64,000 bases of DNA from Faecalibacterium sp. UBA1771 (GCA_002315315.1 DCGT01000022.1:21122-85121); one strand, 5' to 3'; counted from the first letter of the stretch, positions 42,480-53,089 are shown. Translations and numbers: made by a program. Notes: generated by a model from the sequence alone, not told the origin.

Positions 42480-43775
42480 TTAACACATTCTTTCGAAAGT
42501 TGCTATAAAAAAGCCTTCACTTCCGGTCAAACCCGGCATAAAAATTCGATAATTTCCGTCCGAAATGCCGGTTGTGAGACCTGAAAGCGATTTCGGCTTA
42601 AAATCCGTGTGATCTTTAAGGAATTTTTCCGCAACCTCGGCGTTCTCACAACGGTCTATCGAGCAGGTACAGTAAACAAGCGTTCCTCCGGATTTGACAA
42701 ACGAAGCGGCATTGTTCAAAATTTCAAGCTGCTTTTCGGACAGCTTGCCGTCAGGCTTGCGCAGACGAAGCTCCGGTTTGGAAGAAATCTCGCCGAGATT
42801 GGAGCAGGGAACATCACACAGCACCCTGTCCGCCTGTACAAACGCTATGTCTGCCGAGGCGTCGAAAACCTTGGTTTCTATGCATAAAGCGCCCTCGGAA
42901 GCCGAGGAAGAAGCGACGAGCGAAAGTCTGCTTTCACTTATATCGCAGGCATAGATTTTACCCTGTGCGCTCATAAGCTGTGCGGCGGTCAATGCCTTGC
43001 CGCCCGGAGCCGAGCAAAGGTCGACTACGGTATCTCCCTTTTGAGGGTCGAGCGCCTTAACAGCCGTCTGCGCCGCAAGGCTTTGTATTCTGACTGCGCC
43101 GTTTTTAAACGGCTTTGTACCTATTACATTTCCCTTCGTCACCTCAAGACAACCGTCAAGCTCGGTTTTTTGAACAGTTATATTTTCCGCTGCGAGCGCA
43201 GTTATTGCCTCATCTGCCGTCATTTTCAGCGTATTTACACGAATGTACTGTGTTTTATGCTCAAAATACCCGTTCATAATTCTGTCGGCATCATCGGGAT
43301 ATTCCCCTTTAATCAATGAAACTATTTCGGGGCAAAGAGAATATTTCACGCTGTCTCTCTCGGACTCGTCCTCGATTTTGCCGATAAGTCCGAGGTCAAA
43401 ATTCCTTGCTTTTCGCAGTACGGCGTTGACAAGTGATGAGGCAGAGCTTTTTTTGAAGACTCGGCACAGCGACACGCTCTCGTTGACGGCGGCGTGAGCC
43501 GGAACGGAATCGAGATACAATATCTGATACAATCCGCTTCTTAGTATCGCCCTGACCTCTCTGTCCAGCTTTTTGGAGCCGACAAAGTGAGCAAGAATCC
43601 AATCGAGAGTGATGAGCCGCTCAAGTGTGCCGTAAAATATTGCGGCGGCAAAGGAGATTTCCTGCGAACCAAGTCCCGTCCTCTCCGTTCTCTGCTTGAA
43701 CGAAAGGTTGGAAAATGCGCCCATATCGCAGTCAACAAGGCATTTTACCGCAAGTGCTCTTGCAGTGTCAGTCAT
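42480..43775 (-). CDS. rsmB: 16S rRNA (cytosine967-C5)-methyltransferase
   Basis: NusB-like N-terminal domain plus DLCSAPGGK, DVPCS and TCS motifs. The start at MTDTAR overlaps the stop of the upstream gene (ATGACTGA). Confidence 0.85.
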   Translation of the reverse strand: MTDTARALAVKCLVDCDMGAFSNLSFKQRTERTGLGSQEISFAAAIFYGTLERLITLDWILAHFVGSKKLDREVRAILRSGLYQILYLDSVPAHAAVNESVSLCRVFKKSSASSLVNAVLRKARNFDLGLIGKIEDESERDSVKYSLCPEIVSLIKGEYPDDADRIMNGYFEHKTQYIRVNTLKMTADEAITALAAENITVQKTELDGCLEVTKGNVIGTKPFKNGAVRIQSLAAQTAVKALDPQKGDTVVDLCSAPGGKALTAAQLMSAQGKIYACDISESRLSLVASSSASEGALCIETKVFDASADIAFVQADRVLCDVPCSNLGEISSKPELRLRKPDGKLSEKQLEILNNAASFVKSGGTLVYCTCSIDRCENAEVAEKFLKDHTDFKPKSLSGLTTGISDGNYRIFMPGLTGSEGFFIATFERMC

Positions 43776-44481
43776 TTTTTCTGCGGCCTCCGAATATGGA
43801 AATAAGTCTGAGCAGTTGGGCAATCGAGGTGAACAGAGCCGCAACATAGGTCATCGCGGCGGCACGAAGCATATGCTTTGCTCCGATAAGCTCGTCATCG
43901 TTGAGCATCTCACAGTTTTCCAATGCTTTCACCGCACGGCGGCTTGCATTGAACTCGACGGGGAGTGTAACAAGCTGAAAGACAACGGCAAGGGAAAACA
44001 GAGCTATTCCGACCGTGACAAGCTGCGAAATACTGAGAAAATAGCCGGCAACAACCAGTGGTAAAGCAATTTTAGAGCCTAAATTGGTAGCGGGAATGAT
44101 TGCCGCGCGAAGCTTGATCGGAAAATAATTCTGAGCATACTGAACAGCGTGACCCGCCTCGTGAGCCGCTACGCCCGCCGCCGCTATGCTTGTTCCCGCG
44201 TAAACATCGTGCGACAGCACGATTTCATTATTTCTCGGGTCAAAATGGTCAGTCAGCTCTCCCTGTGTTGCGGTAACAACAACATCGTAAACACCGTTTT
44301 CATTCAGTACTCTGCGAGCTGTCTCCGCTCCGGTAAGTCCCGCCGCATTCGCTCTTTTGATGTATTTCGCATAAGTGAGTTTTACCCTTATCTGCGCAAT
44401 ATATGTTATGAGCATTGCAAGAGCAAGAATAATAAGGTCGGAATATTCATTTATATAGTAGGATAAATTGTAATAGTTCAT
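43768..44481 (-). CDS. Membrane zinc metallopeptidase (Zn_peptidase_2 family)
   Basis: AHEAGHAVQ HExxH motif and TM helices at both ends. The start is set at MNYYNL, which has an AGGGGA RBS. Confidence 0.75.
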   Translation of the reverse strand: MNYYNLSYYINEYSDLIILALAMLITYIAQIRVKLTYAKYIKRANAAGLTGAETARRVLNENGVYDVVVTATQGELTDHFDPRNNEIVLSHDVYAGTSIAAAGVAAHEAGHAVQYAQNYFPIKLRAAIIPATNLGSKIALPLVVAGYFLSISQLVTVGIALFSLAVVFQLVTLPVEFNASRRAVKALENCEMLNDDELIGAKHMLRAAAMTYVAALFTSIAQLLRLISIFGGRRKND

Positions 44482-44500
44482 CTTTTCCCCTGTTAGGCAT

Positions 44501-45427
44501 TTATTGTTCAGCGGCAAGAATATTGTCGCCCTTTTTAAGTCTTGCACCTGCGGAGTATGCCGCGCCTGTCATACGCTTGCGTCCGGCTGGCATCATCTCT
44601 TTTATTTCGACTGCTCCGTTATTTGCCGCAATAACGAGCGGGTTTGTCGAAACAACAGTCCCCGCCTCGGCGTTTGATTCCGAGTATGCCGCTTTGAAAA
44701 CCTTTATATTCACACCGTTCAGCTCAAAAAAAGCATTAGGCCAAACACTGAAGGCGCGAACCTTGTTGACAATGCTCTTTGCATCGTCGGCGAAGGAAAA
44801 CAGTGCCATACTCTTGTCTATAATAGGTGCATAGGTCGCCTCGTCGTTGTTTTGCGGAACACGCACGGCAGTGCCGCTTTCAAGCTTTTTTAATGTATCG
44901 CAGAGAAGCTGTGCTCCGACAGGCGCAAGCTTTTCAAACATCGACTGCTCATCGTCTTCGGGCAAAATATCAACCGATATGCTTCCCATCATATCACCGG
45001 TATCCATTCCCTCGTCCATCAGCATGGCGGTTACTCCCGTCACCGTTTCACCGCACAGAATGGCGTGCTGTATAGGCGATGCACCTCTGTATTTCGGCAA
45101 AAGAGATGCGTGAGCATTTATGCAACCGAATTTCGGAGTTTCCAAAACCTCCTTCGGCAACAGCTTGCCGTAGGCTTTAAGACAAATTACATCTGGATTA
45201 AGGTCCTTAATAAGCTGTTTTGAAGCGTCGGTACGCAGTGACTTCGGCTGAAAAACCGGTATACCGAGCTTTTCTGCAGCAAGCTTGACAGGCGGAGGGG
45301 TCATAATCATCTTTCTGCCCTGCGGCTTGTCCGGCTGACAAAACGCACCTATTACCTCGTGTTCCGCTGCAAGTGCTTCGAGTGCCGCCACTGCGATTTC
45401 GGGCGTACCCATAAACAATACTCTCAT
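44501..45427 (-). CDS. fmt: Methionyl-tRNA formyltransferase
   Basis: MRVLFMGTPEIAV, INAHASLLPKYRGASPIQ. Confidence 0.92.
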   Translation of the reverse strand: MRVLFMGTPEIAVAALEALAAEHEVIGAFCQPDKPQGRKMIMTPPPVKLAAEKLGIPVFQPKSLRTDASKQLIKDLNPDVICLKAYGKLLPKEVLETPKFGCINAHASLLPKYRGASPIQHAILCGETVTGVTAMLMDEGMDTGDMMGSISVDILPEDDEQSMFEKLAPVGAQLLCDTLKKLESGTAVRVPQNNDEATYAPIIDKSMALFSFADDAKSIVNKVRAFSVWPNAFFELNGVNIKVFKAAYSESNAEAGTVVSTNPLVIAANNGAVEIKEMMPAGRKRMTGAAYSAGARLKKGDNILAAEQ

Positions 45428-45538
45428 ATAATCGCTCCCTTCTACGGCGAAAAACCATCAAAGACGTCGATTCCGAACAAAACGAAACGACTTTATTACG
45501 GCTTCATCGGCTGACGGTTGTTTGTGCGTATGCGCCGT

Positions 45539-46012
45539 TTATTCTTCACCGTCCTCCTCATCCTCGTAATGCAGGACGGAGGCAATGTCTATAAACAGCG
45601 TACCGTCAAGGTGGTCAAGCTCATGGCAAGCGGCGCGTGCCGCCATATCGGTACACTCAATGGAGAATTTCTCTCCGTGGCGGTCATAGGCTTCTACCGT
45701 AACCTTGCGCGGACGGGTAACCTCGCCGCTTACTCCGGGGCAGGAAAGGCATGCCTCCTCCAGCGTGACCTCGCCGCTTTTCTCGACAATGTTCGGGTTG
45801 ATAAGCTCTACTATTTCATCGTCGCGCACGATTACGACGGCTCTGCGGAGAATACCGACCTGCGGTGCGGCGAGTCCGAGACCGTTTGCGTCGATAAGTG
45901 TCTCGCGAAGATCGTCCATAAGAGCGGCTGTTTTGTCCGAAAAATCGGTTACCTCACGGCATTTTTTGCGAAGCTGAGGGTCTCCCTCTATAAGTATATT
46001 GCGAAGTGCCAT
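45539..46012 (-). CDS. def: Peptide deformylase
   Basis: GLAAPQVG, EACLSCPG, HELDHLDG. Confidence 0.92.
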   Translation of the reverse strand: MALRNILIEGDPQLRKKCREVTDFSDKTAALMDDLRETLIDANGLGLAAPQVGILRRAVVIVRDDEIVELINPNIVEKSGEVTLEEACLSCPGVSGEVTRPRKVTVEAYDRHGEKFSIECTDMAARAACHELDHLDGTLFIDIASVLHYEDEEDGEE

Positions 46013-46028
46013 AGCTGATTATCTCCTT

Positions 46029-48266
46029 TTATTGTTCACTGTCGCCGACCAAATCGACAAACAGCGTTATATCCCTGAATCTTTTATCGTTGCCAAACTT
46101 ATATACCGCATCTGACAGAATTTCCTTAAATTCTCTGCCTCCGTTATATTTTACAGTCAGCTTATAACGGTACATATCGTTGGCAAAAGCTATTCGCATA
46201 GGTACCGGTCCAAGCACGCGTACGGCTATTTTCTTGCCCTCCACGCCGCTTTTGAGCAGCTCTACAAACTGCTGTGCCGCCGCAAGAGCATCCTGCTCCT
46301 TTGCCGCAACAAACCCCACGGTGCCTACTGCACAGTACGGCGGATAAAGGTGTACCTTACGGCTGACGATTTCGTCATTATAAAATGCATTGTAGTCCTG
46401 CTTTGCGGCGAGACGGATTATGGGATTGTCGGGGTCAACTGTCTGAATGACAGCCTCGCCCTCCTTGTCGCCTCTTCCCGCTCGCCCGATAACCTGTGTG
46501 AGCATAGAAAAGGTATGCTCGTTTGCTCTGAAGCTCGGCATAAGCATAAGCCGGTCTATGCCGAGAACCCCCACCAGCGTAACATTGCCGAAATCCAGAC
46601 CTTTGGCAATCATCTGCGTACCGATTATTATATCGTATTCGCCCCTCGAAAAAGCTCCGAGAAGCTGTTCTATACTGTGTTTGCCTCCGGTGGAATCAAG
46701 GTCGATTCTGAGTACCCTTGCCGTCGGAAAAAGTGCGGTAAGCTCCTCCTCGACCCGTTGTGTACCTATACCCGTCCTGCGTATCTGTCCGCCGCAGTCG
46801 GGGCATTCATCGCTTATCGGATAAACCGCTCCGCAGCAGTGGCAGATATATCGGTTGATGTTTTTATGATAGACAAGCGCCGTGTCGCAGCTTTTGCATT
46901 TTAATATTTTTTTGCAGTCAACACATATCGAAACGGTGCGATAACCACGGCGATTGAGCAGAAGTATACTCTGCTCCTTGCGGTCAAGCCTCATCTGTAT
47001 CTCTCGCCTGAGATGCTCGCTTATGCCGGAGGTATTGCCGGCGAAAAGCTCCTTGCGCATATCGACGACCCTGACCGAAGGAAGCGGCATATCCATATAT
47101 CTTCTGTCGAGCGTGACAAGATTTATTGAACCGCTGACTGCCTTATAATAACTCTCAACCGACGGCGTAGCGCTGGCAAGCAACAGATGCGCAGAATGTT
47201 TTGATGCGCGAAAGGCGGCTATCGGTATAGCGGAATATCTCGGTGTTCTGTCTGAGCAGTAGCTCTGCTCCTGTTCCTCATCTACTATTATAATTCCTAT
47301 ATTCAACAGCGGAGCAAAAACCGCCGAGCGTGTACCGATAACGACATCGTATTCGCCGTCTCGGATTTTGCGCCACTGAAGCTGCCGTTCGGTATCCGAC
47401 AGAGCGCTGTGAATAACTCCGACCCTCTCGCCGAAGCGCTCCTTAAAGCGATAAATCATCTGTGTGGCAATGGCGATTTCCGGAACGAGCACCATAGCGG
47501 AATGACCCTCGGCAAGGGTATCGAGGCAAAGCTGTTCATAGATAACCGTTTTGCCGCTCGACGTGACCCCGTGCAGAAGCGTTGCGGCAGGAGAGCCTTT
47601 TTTTATACATTGTCTGATTTCGTCAAGCGCGCTTTGCTGCGGCTCGGTAAGTTCGATTTCATTGCCGGCGATTCGGTAAGAGCTGTACAGCTCAACCTTC
47701 TTCTCAATTTCGACCTTTTCAAGTATGTTTTTACCGATAAGACGATTGACTATGTCTCTCGATGCACCGATTTTTTCGTTCAGCTCCGAAAAGCTCATCG
47801 GCTCGTTCAAGGCGTCGTAAACCTCACGCTGACGATCGGTAAGCCTCGGAACTACGCCGTCAACACGGCGTATTGCGGTGACAAGATGAGACGTCGAATA
47901 ATTACCGATAGTCGATTCATCGCCGTTTTTTGCCACAAGACGGCTGTTTTTCGGAAGCACAGTACGAACGGCATCGTAATATGTGCATAACGTCTGGCGC
48001 TTTAAATAAAAAATAAGCTCAACCATCTCCGGTGACAATGAAGGTTCACCCTTTTCGCAGTCGATAATCGACCTTAAGCCGTCGGCCGAATCCTGCTCCG
48101 AAAACTCAAGCACAACACCCATTCTCGGTGCCGCCGCCCCAAAAGGAACAAGAACGCGACTGCCGACTCTGACTGTACGAGACAGCACATCCGGCACGGT
48201 GTAGCTGTAGAGTCTGTCAAATTTAAAAGCGGCGTTGTCTACCGCCACCTGTGCGCAGTAAGGCAT
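46029..48266 (-). CDS. priA: Primosomal replication protein N' (PriA helicase)
   Basis: LLHGVTSSGKT, DEEQE, the Cys-rich Zn-binding insert (CVDCKKILKCKSCDTALVYH...CHCCG...CPDCGG), and QVIGRAGRG. Confidence 0.92.
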   Translation of the reverse strand: MPYCAQVAVDNAAFKFDRLYSYTVPDVLSRTVRVGSRVLVPFGAAAPRMGVVLEFSEQDSADGLRSIIDCEKGEPSLSPEMVELIFYLKRQTLCTYYDAVRTVLPKNSRLVAKNGDESTIGNYSTSHLVTAIRRVDGVVPRLTDRQREVYDALNEPMSFSELNEKIGASRDIVNRLIGKNILEKVEIEKKVELYSSYRIAGNEIELTEPQQSALDEIRQCIKKGSPAATLLHGVTSSGKTVIYEQLCLDTLAEGHSAMVLVPEIAIATQMIYRFKERFGERVGVIHSALSDTERQLQWRKIRDGEYDVVIGTRSAVFAPLLNIGIIIVDEEQEQSYCSDRTPRYSAIPIAAFRASKHSAHLLLASATPSVESYYKAVSGSINLVTLDRRYMDMPLPSVRVVDMRKELFAGNTSGISEHLRREIQMRLDRKEQSILLLNRRGYRTVSICVDCKKILKCKSCDTALVYHKNINRYICHCCGAVYPISDECPDCGGQIRRTGIGTQRVEEELTALFPTARVLRIDLDSTGGKHSIEQLLGAFSRGEYDIIIGTQMIAKGLDFGNVTLVGVLGIDRLMLMPSFRANEHTFSMLTQVIGRAGRGDKEGEAVIQTVDPDNPIIRLAAKQDYNAFYNDEIVSRKVHLYPPYCAVGTVGFVAAKEQDALAAAQQFVELLKSGVEGKKIAVRVLGPVPMRIAFANDMYRYKLTVKYNGGREFKEILSDAVYKFGNDKRFRDITLFVDLVGDSEQ

Positions 48267-48304
48267 ATAACGCCGCCTCCGTAAATGAAGTATTAATGCG
48301 CCAA

Positions 48305-48502
48305 TCAGTCCTCGTCGGCGACCTTGACACGCTTGGCACAGAATTCGTCGATGGCGATATTGACCGCCTTATCATCGAGACTGCGCTTTTCCTCAAGCGC
48401 TTCCTCGGAAATATCGCGGGAGCGCTTGGCAACCGCAACAACAAGGCGATAGGGACTTTTCGTTTCTTCAAGAAGCTTGGAAATTTCGGGTTTGAGCATC
48501 AT
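48305..48502 (-). CDS. rpoZ: DNA-directed RNA polymerase subunit omega
   Basis: A 65-aa protein with SPYRLVVAVAKRSRDI. Located upstream of priA and downstream of gmk. Confidence 0.85.
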   Translation of the reverse strand: MMLKPEISKLLEETKSPYRLVVAVAKRSRDISEEALEEKRSLDDKAVNIAIDEFCAKRVKVADED

Positions 48503-48518
48503 AATCGGTTACCTCTTT

Positions 48519-49097
48519 TTAATCTTTCTGCCATTCTTCGATAATATCGGCAAGCATACCTGCACAATGCTCGACGGTATCGTTCTGTATAACCTCGTCG
48601 TAGGATGCGAGGTGCTTAAGCTCCTCCTCGGCTATTGCGAGTCGGCGCTCTATCTCCTCTTTGGTTTCGGTATTTCGGTTGAAAAGACGCCTTTCCAGCT
48701 CTTCTATGGAGGGCGGAACAATGAAAACAAGCAACGAATTCGGGTATCGCTCCTTGACGTTGCGCGCACCGTTGACCTCTATGACAAGCACAACGGTATT
48801 ACGGTCGGCAAGCTTATTCTCCAGCTCATCGAGCGGGGTGCCGTACATATTGCCGTTATATTCGGTGTACTCAAGCATTCTGTTGTCGGCAATTCGCTTT
48901 TCAAACTGTTCGCGGTTAATGAAGTAGTAATCCTTGCCGTCTATTTCGTAGTCTCGCTTGCTTCTCGTAGTACAGGAAACGGCAAGCGATGCATCGCTCT
49001 TTCTTCTCAAAAGCTCCTTAACCACCGTATCCTTGCCGCATCCGGATGGTCCGGACACTACTACAAGATATCGCTCGTCGAAATCAATCATCATCAA
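48519..49097 (-). CDS. gmk: Guanylate kinase
   Basis: SGPSGCGKDT, TTRSKRDYEIDGKDYYF, EYTEYNGNMYGT. Confidence 0.92.
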   Translation of the reverse strand: MMMIDFDERYLVVVSGPSGCGKDTVVKELLRRKSDASLAVSCTTRSKRDYEIDGKDYYFINREQFEKRIADNRMLEYTEYNGNMYGTPLDELENKLADRNTVVLVIEVNGARNVKERYPNSLLVFIVPPSIEELERRLFNRNTETKEEIERRLAIAEEELKHLASYDEVIQNDTVEHCAGMLADIIEEWQKD

Positions 49098-49341
49098 CCT
49101 CCGTAAGCTGTGAAATATTCAGACCCGACACCTTATCGAGCGATACCGCCGAAAGAATCACATGGTCGGAGTCCATAACCAATACCGTTTTGGTTTTGCG
49201 TCCGAAGGTCGCATCTATGAGCCTGCCGCTCTGTGAGGCTTCTTTAATTATCCTCTTGACGGGCGCCGACTCGGGTCCTACTGCCGCAATTATCCTGTCC
49301 TCGGCAACAAGGTTGCCGAATCCTATACTGATAAGTCTCAT
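49084..49341 (-). CDS. remA: DUF370 / RemA-family regulator
   Basis: MRLISIGFGNLVAEDRIIAAVGPESAPVKRI...GRLIDATFGRKT. Confidence 0.85.
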   Translation of the reverse strand: MRLISIGFGNLVAEDRIIAAVGPESAPVKRIIKEASQSGRLIDATFGRKTKTVLVMDSDHVILSAVSLDKVSGLNISQLTEVDDD

Positions 49342-49343
49342 AT

Positions 49344-50222
49344 TTACTCTATGTTCTGTATCTGCTCTCTGATTTTCTCAATCTCCGCCTTCATATCGAC
49401 AAGCGTAGCGGTAGAATTTATATCGTCGGTTTTGGAGGCAATGGTGTTTACCTCTCTGTTCATTTCCTGAACGAGGAAATCAAGCTTTCTGCCCACGGCT
49501 CCGCCGCCGTTCACTATCCCTCTGAACTGCGCAAAATGACTGTGCAGACGTACTGTTTCTTCGTCGACCGCCGATTTATCGGCATAAAGAGCCGCTTCAA
49601 GCAAAATGCGGCTTTCGTCTATGTTTTTGTCCTCAAGCACCGACTTCATTCTGTTGAAAAGCCGCTCACGATATTTGCTGACGGTGTCGGTTGAGCTTTT
49701 CTCTATCACGGCTAACATATTCTCGAGTGAATCTACTCTCGAAAGCACATCGGTCCGCATCTTGTCGCCCTCCGTCGCTCTCATGGCGGCAAAGCCGGCA
49801 AGTGCCTTATCCAAAACCTGCGTTACCTCGCTCCAAATCTCAGCCTCGTCCGGCTGTTCGGTAACAACCGAAAAAACGTCGGGGAAACGGGAAATCGCAA
49901 CCGCACCGACATCATTTTTTATGCCGAGCTCATCGGCAATAGTCTGAAGCGCCGCGGCGTATCCCCTTGCAACCTGAACATTCGGGGTAATCTGCACCGT
50001 CTGTCCCGCTGTTTCTCTTATCGTAACGCCGACATCAAGCTTACCTCTTGACACGACATTCTGTATGTACGGTTTAAGGCGATCCTCGACAAATGAATAT
50101 GCACGGCTTACCCTCGATGAAAACTCGAAATACCGATGATTGACACAGCGAAGCTCAACCGATACCTCGCGGGTACCGAACATCTCACTTGCCCTGCCGA
50201 AGCCGGTCATACTGTTTATCAT
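49344..50222 (-). CDS. yicC: YicC-family stress-induced protein
   Basis: The start is set at MINSMTGFGRA, which has an AAGGGG RBS. The C-terminus LVQEMNREVNTIASKT is typical of YicC. Confidence 0.85.
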   Translation of the reverse strand: MINSMTGFGRASEMFGTREVSVELRCVNHRYFEFSSRVSRAYSFVEDRLKPYIQNVVSRGKLDVGVTIRETAGQTVQITPNVQVARGYAAALQTIADELGIKNDVGAVAISRFPDVFSVVTEQPDEAEIWSEVTQVLDKALAGFAAMRATEGDKMRTDVLSRVDSLENMLAVIEKSSTDTVSKYRERLFNRMKSVLEDKNIDESRILLEAALYADKSAVDEETVRLHSHFAQFRGIVNGGGAVGRKLDFLVQEMNREVNTIASKTDDINSTATLVDMKAEIEKIREQIQNIE

Positions 50223-50385
50223 AATTATCGCCCCTTTACACGCACTTTTAAGCCGCAAGACCGTTGATACCGCAATACATAAGCACATACACAGTATCAA
50301 AATTATATTTTATATCCTAATGCCGTCTGTGTCAACAATGTGCAGTCGTTACATTTTACCGTGTCAAAAAAATGTCATAAAAGCT

Positions 50386-50745
50386 TTATTCCGTTAAGCT
50401 ATGTCCGCAACAACCGGAAAGAATTTTATCTATCTCGGCTTCACTGCCGATAAATTTCCCGGTCAGATTTGCAAAGCAATCAAGCTCGTCACAGCCGTCC
50501 GCTATCCTTACACGGTCGACAATGCTTCGGCATCCGTCCAGCACCGTCCTCGCAATTCCGTCGGCGAGCGCAATGTCCCCCGGCTCCGTGTGCAGATATT
50601 GAAGCGTCACCGTTCCGACTCCGAGCGTAAACAGACAATATCCGAGCAGTTTACCGTCCTGTACCGCCGAGAATGCAAACATTTCTCTTTGCTCATCAGT
50701 GAGCGGCAGCGATGATTTATCCTCGACAAAGCTTATTTTTACCAT
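50386..50745 (-). CDS. Hypothetical protein (119 aa)
   Basis: Track ORF packed 2 nt from rluB. No confident motif; the fold is possibly GNAT-like. The C-terminus contains GCCGH. Confidence 0.45.
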   Translation of the reverse strand: MVKISFVEDKSSLPLTDEQREMFAFSAVQDGKLLGYCLFTLGVGTVTLQYLHTEPGDIALADGIARTVLDGCRSIVDRVRIADGCDELDCFANLTGKFIGSEAEIDKILSGCCGHSLTE

Positions 50746-50747
50746 AT

Positions 50748-51479
50748 TTATTTCCTCGCGGTGCCTACGGCGCGCAGAGCCGAGATTTCCTGTTTTGTCA
50801 GCTCGCGGTACTGACCGGCGGGGAGATTTCCGAGCTTCACGGGACCGTATGATGTACGTTTAAGACGAGTTACGGTCAGACCCACCGCCTCGCACATACG
50901 GCGAATTTCGCGGTTTCTGCCCTCACGCATCACCATCTCCATAACAGTTTTGTCGCTGTCATCGCTTGTAACCCGCAAGCTTGCCGGACGAGCAAAGCCG
51001 TCCTCCAGCTGCACACCGCCCGCAAGCTCGGTGATCTGCCGTTCGCTTGCCTTTGGCGATACCGACACGCGGTAAACCTTGGCGATTCCTTTTGACGGGT
51101 GAGTCAGATTATTGGCAAGCGCACCGTCATTGGTCATAATGAGCAGACCCTCTGAGTCCTTATCAAGACGACCGACGGGAAAAAGCCTCACACCGATATC
51201 CTCCATCAGCTCCACAACCGTCTTTTTGGCGTGTTCGTCGCCCATAGTGGTAACAACACCTCTCGGCTTGTTCAAAATATAATAGTATTTTTCGGGTCTT
51301 TTCTCCATTCGAACACGACTGCCCTCGACATGAATAACGTCTCTGCCCACCTCCATGGTGTCACCGAGTATTGCACGTCGTCCGTTCAAAAAAACCTTGC
51401 CCTGCCTTATAAGCTCCTCTGCGGCACGGCGGGAGCAGTACCCCTGTGCCGACAGCACCTTTTGTATTCTTTCTTTCAT
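50748..51479 (-). CDS. rluB: rRNA pseudouridine synthase (RluB/RsuA family) with S4 domain
   Basis: RIQKVLSAQGYCSRRAAE (S4 domain), and GRLDKDSEGLLIMTNDG containing the catalytic Asp. Confidence 0.88.
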   Translation of the reverse strand: MKERIQKVLSAQGYCSRRAAEELIRQGKVFLNGRRAILGDTMEVGRDVIHVEGSRVRMEKRPEKYYYILNKPRGVVTTMGDEHAKKTVVELMEDIGVRLFPVGRLDKDSEGLLIMTNDGALANNLTHPSKGIAKVYRVSVSPKASERQITELAGGVQLEDGFARPASLRVTSDDSDKTVMEMVMREGRNREIRRMCEAVGLTVTRLKRTSYGPVKLGNLPAGQYRELTKQEISALRAVGTARK

Positions 51480-51481
51480 AA

Positions 51482-51898
51482 TCAGTCCTTGCTTCCCTGC
51501 TCTTTACCTTTTTTTACGCCAAACGATTCGGTCATTGCCATAACCTTGTCTATAACCTCGGGCACAGTGCGAAGAACATTGCCGACACCGGAGCCGGAAA
51601 TATCCAGCTGAAGCAGCCTGACGCCGTTGCCCGCAGTTACGAGAAAAGCCACCGGAACAATCGACACACCGCCTCCCGCACCGCCGCCGAAGCCGGTTTT
51701 CTGCTCCGATTTGGGCAAATCGGCACCACCCGACGCAAAGCCGAAGCTGACCTTGCTTACCGGCACGGCAGTAGCTCCGTTAGGCAAAACTATCGGCTCA
51801 CCTATTATTGTTTCCGAGCCTACCATATTTTTCAGCTTGTCCATCGCGGTTTCCATTATTGTGTTGATCGGATGTTCATTTGACATATTGCTTGACAC
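51482..51898 (-). CDS. ytfJ: Sporulation protein YtfJ (GerW family)
   Basis: HPINTIMETAMDKLKNMV, IIGEPI, VPVSKVSFGFASGG, and a GGGAGGGVSIVPVAFLV Gly-rich core. Confidence 0.85.
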   Translation of the reverse strand: MSSNMSNEHPINTIMETAMDKLKNMVGSETIIGEPIVLPNGATAVPVSKVSFGFASGGADLPKSEQKTGFGGGAGGGVSIVPVAFLVTAGNGVRLLQLDISGSGVGNVLRTVPEVIDKVMAMTESFGVKKGKEQGSKD

Positions 51899-51901
51899 CT
51901 T

Positions 51902-52483
51902 TCAATGCATATTTTTTAAAAATACCATTCCCGCAACGGCAAGGAATATTACCCTTGTCTTTACGTCAAAACCGATACGAACGAGATCCTCATCGGAAAG
52001 GCTTTGGTCGAAATCGGGTACAATCTCAACTGATTCATACCGTGCGCGGAAAAGATTGTTTACAACCGATGTTACGACACCTGTCACCGCCCACATCTCT
52101 CCTACTGCTATTCCTGTTTCGGAGGGGTCGTCTCCGCAGACGATTATACGAACGGAAATATTGCAGACCGTTATTCTCTTAAACAGCTTTACTGCCGCTT
52201 TGCCTGCGACACGCGCTGTTTCGACAATATCCGCAAGCGACATTTTTCGGCTTTTTTCGGTTTTGTTATTGCTCTCGGATATTTTCTTTTTTTCTTTTCT
52301 CTTTCTGTTTTTTAAACTCTTATCCTTATACAGATTGATTTTTACAAACCAAATCTCAGGATATACGCGCAGCTTCCCGTCGATGTACTCAACTCTTGCC
52401 GAAACAGGCGATGCGAGTACAAACAGTAGCAGTACGATAACCGAGCCGATAATAACGGCAATTATTCTGAGAATTGTAAGCAT
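51902..52483 (-). CDS. DUF2953 (YtfI-like) sporulation-associated membrane protein
   Basis: N-terminal TM helix, a Lys-rich segment, and a position immediately upstream of ytfJ. Confidence 0.6.
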   Translation of the reverse strand: MLTILRIIAVIIGSVIVLLLFVLASPVSARVEYIDGKLRVYPEIWFVKINLYKDKSLKNRKRKEKKKISESNNKTEKSRKMSLADIVETARVAGKAAVKLFKRITVCNISVRIIVCGDDPSETGIAVGEMWAVTGVVTSVVNNLFRARYESVEIVPDFDQSLSDEDLVRIGFDVKTRVIFLAVAGMVFLKNMH

Positions 52484-52509
52484 TGCCGCCTCCTGTCGGA
52501 TAAATACCG

Positions 52510-53061
52510 TTATATATCCCCTGTCTCATCAGAATCCTCGTCATCACTCCCGCGCTCGATATGAGGCAGGTCGGCAAGCGATGACAGCGCATAGGAGCGC
52601 AGAAACAAATCGGTTGTGCCGTAGCCTATCGGTCTGCCCGGCAAATCAAGCCGACCCGTTTCGGAAACCAAGCCCCTCGCAACAAGACTTGACACCGCCG
52701 ATGCCGAATCGACACCTCTTATCTGGTCAATAAACGAGCGCGTTACCGGCTGATTGTAGGCTATTATGGCAAGCACCTCATTTGCCGCCTGCGACAACGG
52801 CTGACTTCGGCGGCTGACAAGAGCGTGCTCTACCGTTTCGGAATAAATTTTGCGAGTTGCGAACTGGTATCTGTCCTCTAACCTCAGCAGCTCTATTCCG
52901 CTGTCACGTTCATCTAAACGAGCGGATATTTCATCGAGTATCGACACAATCTCCGTTCTGCCGATACCTGTCAGCTCACTCAGCTTTTGAGCCGAAAGCG
53001 GCTGTGCAACGGCAAACAGCACTGCTTCAACGACACCGATTGCCGAATTGACATTGTTCAT
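52510..53061 (-). CDS. scpB: Segregation and condensation protein B
   Basis: VEAVLFAVAQPLS, AIIAYNQPVTRSFIDQIRGV, GRLDLPGRPIGYGTT. Confidence 0.9.
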   Translation of the reverse strand: MNNVNSAIGVVEAVLFAVAQPLSAQKLSELTGIGRTEIVSILDEISARLDERDSGIELLRLEDRYQFATRKIYSETVEHALVSRRSQPLSQAANEVLAIIAYNQPVTRSFIDQIRGVDSASAVSSLVARGLVSETGRLDLPGRPIGYGTTDLFLRSYALSSLADLPHIERGSDDEDSDETGDI

Positions 53062-53089
53062 CAGTTATTCTCCCCGACTTAATACGCCG

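Noticed and set aside
51627-52733. 368-aa plus-strand ORF spanning ytfJ, the DUF2953 gene and scpB
   Set aside because: It is a Ser/Thr/Pro-rich low-complexity shadow frame that crosses three well-supported minus-strand genes and their junctions.
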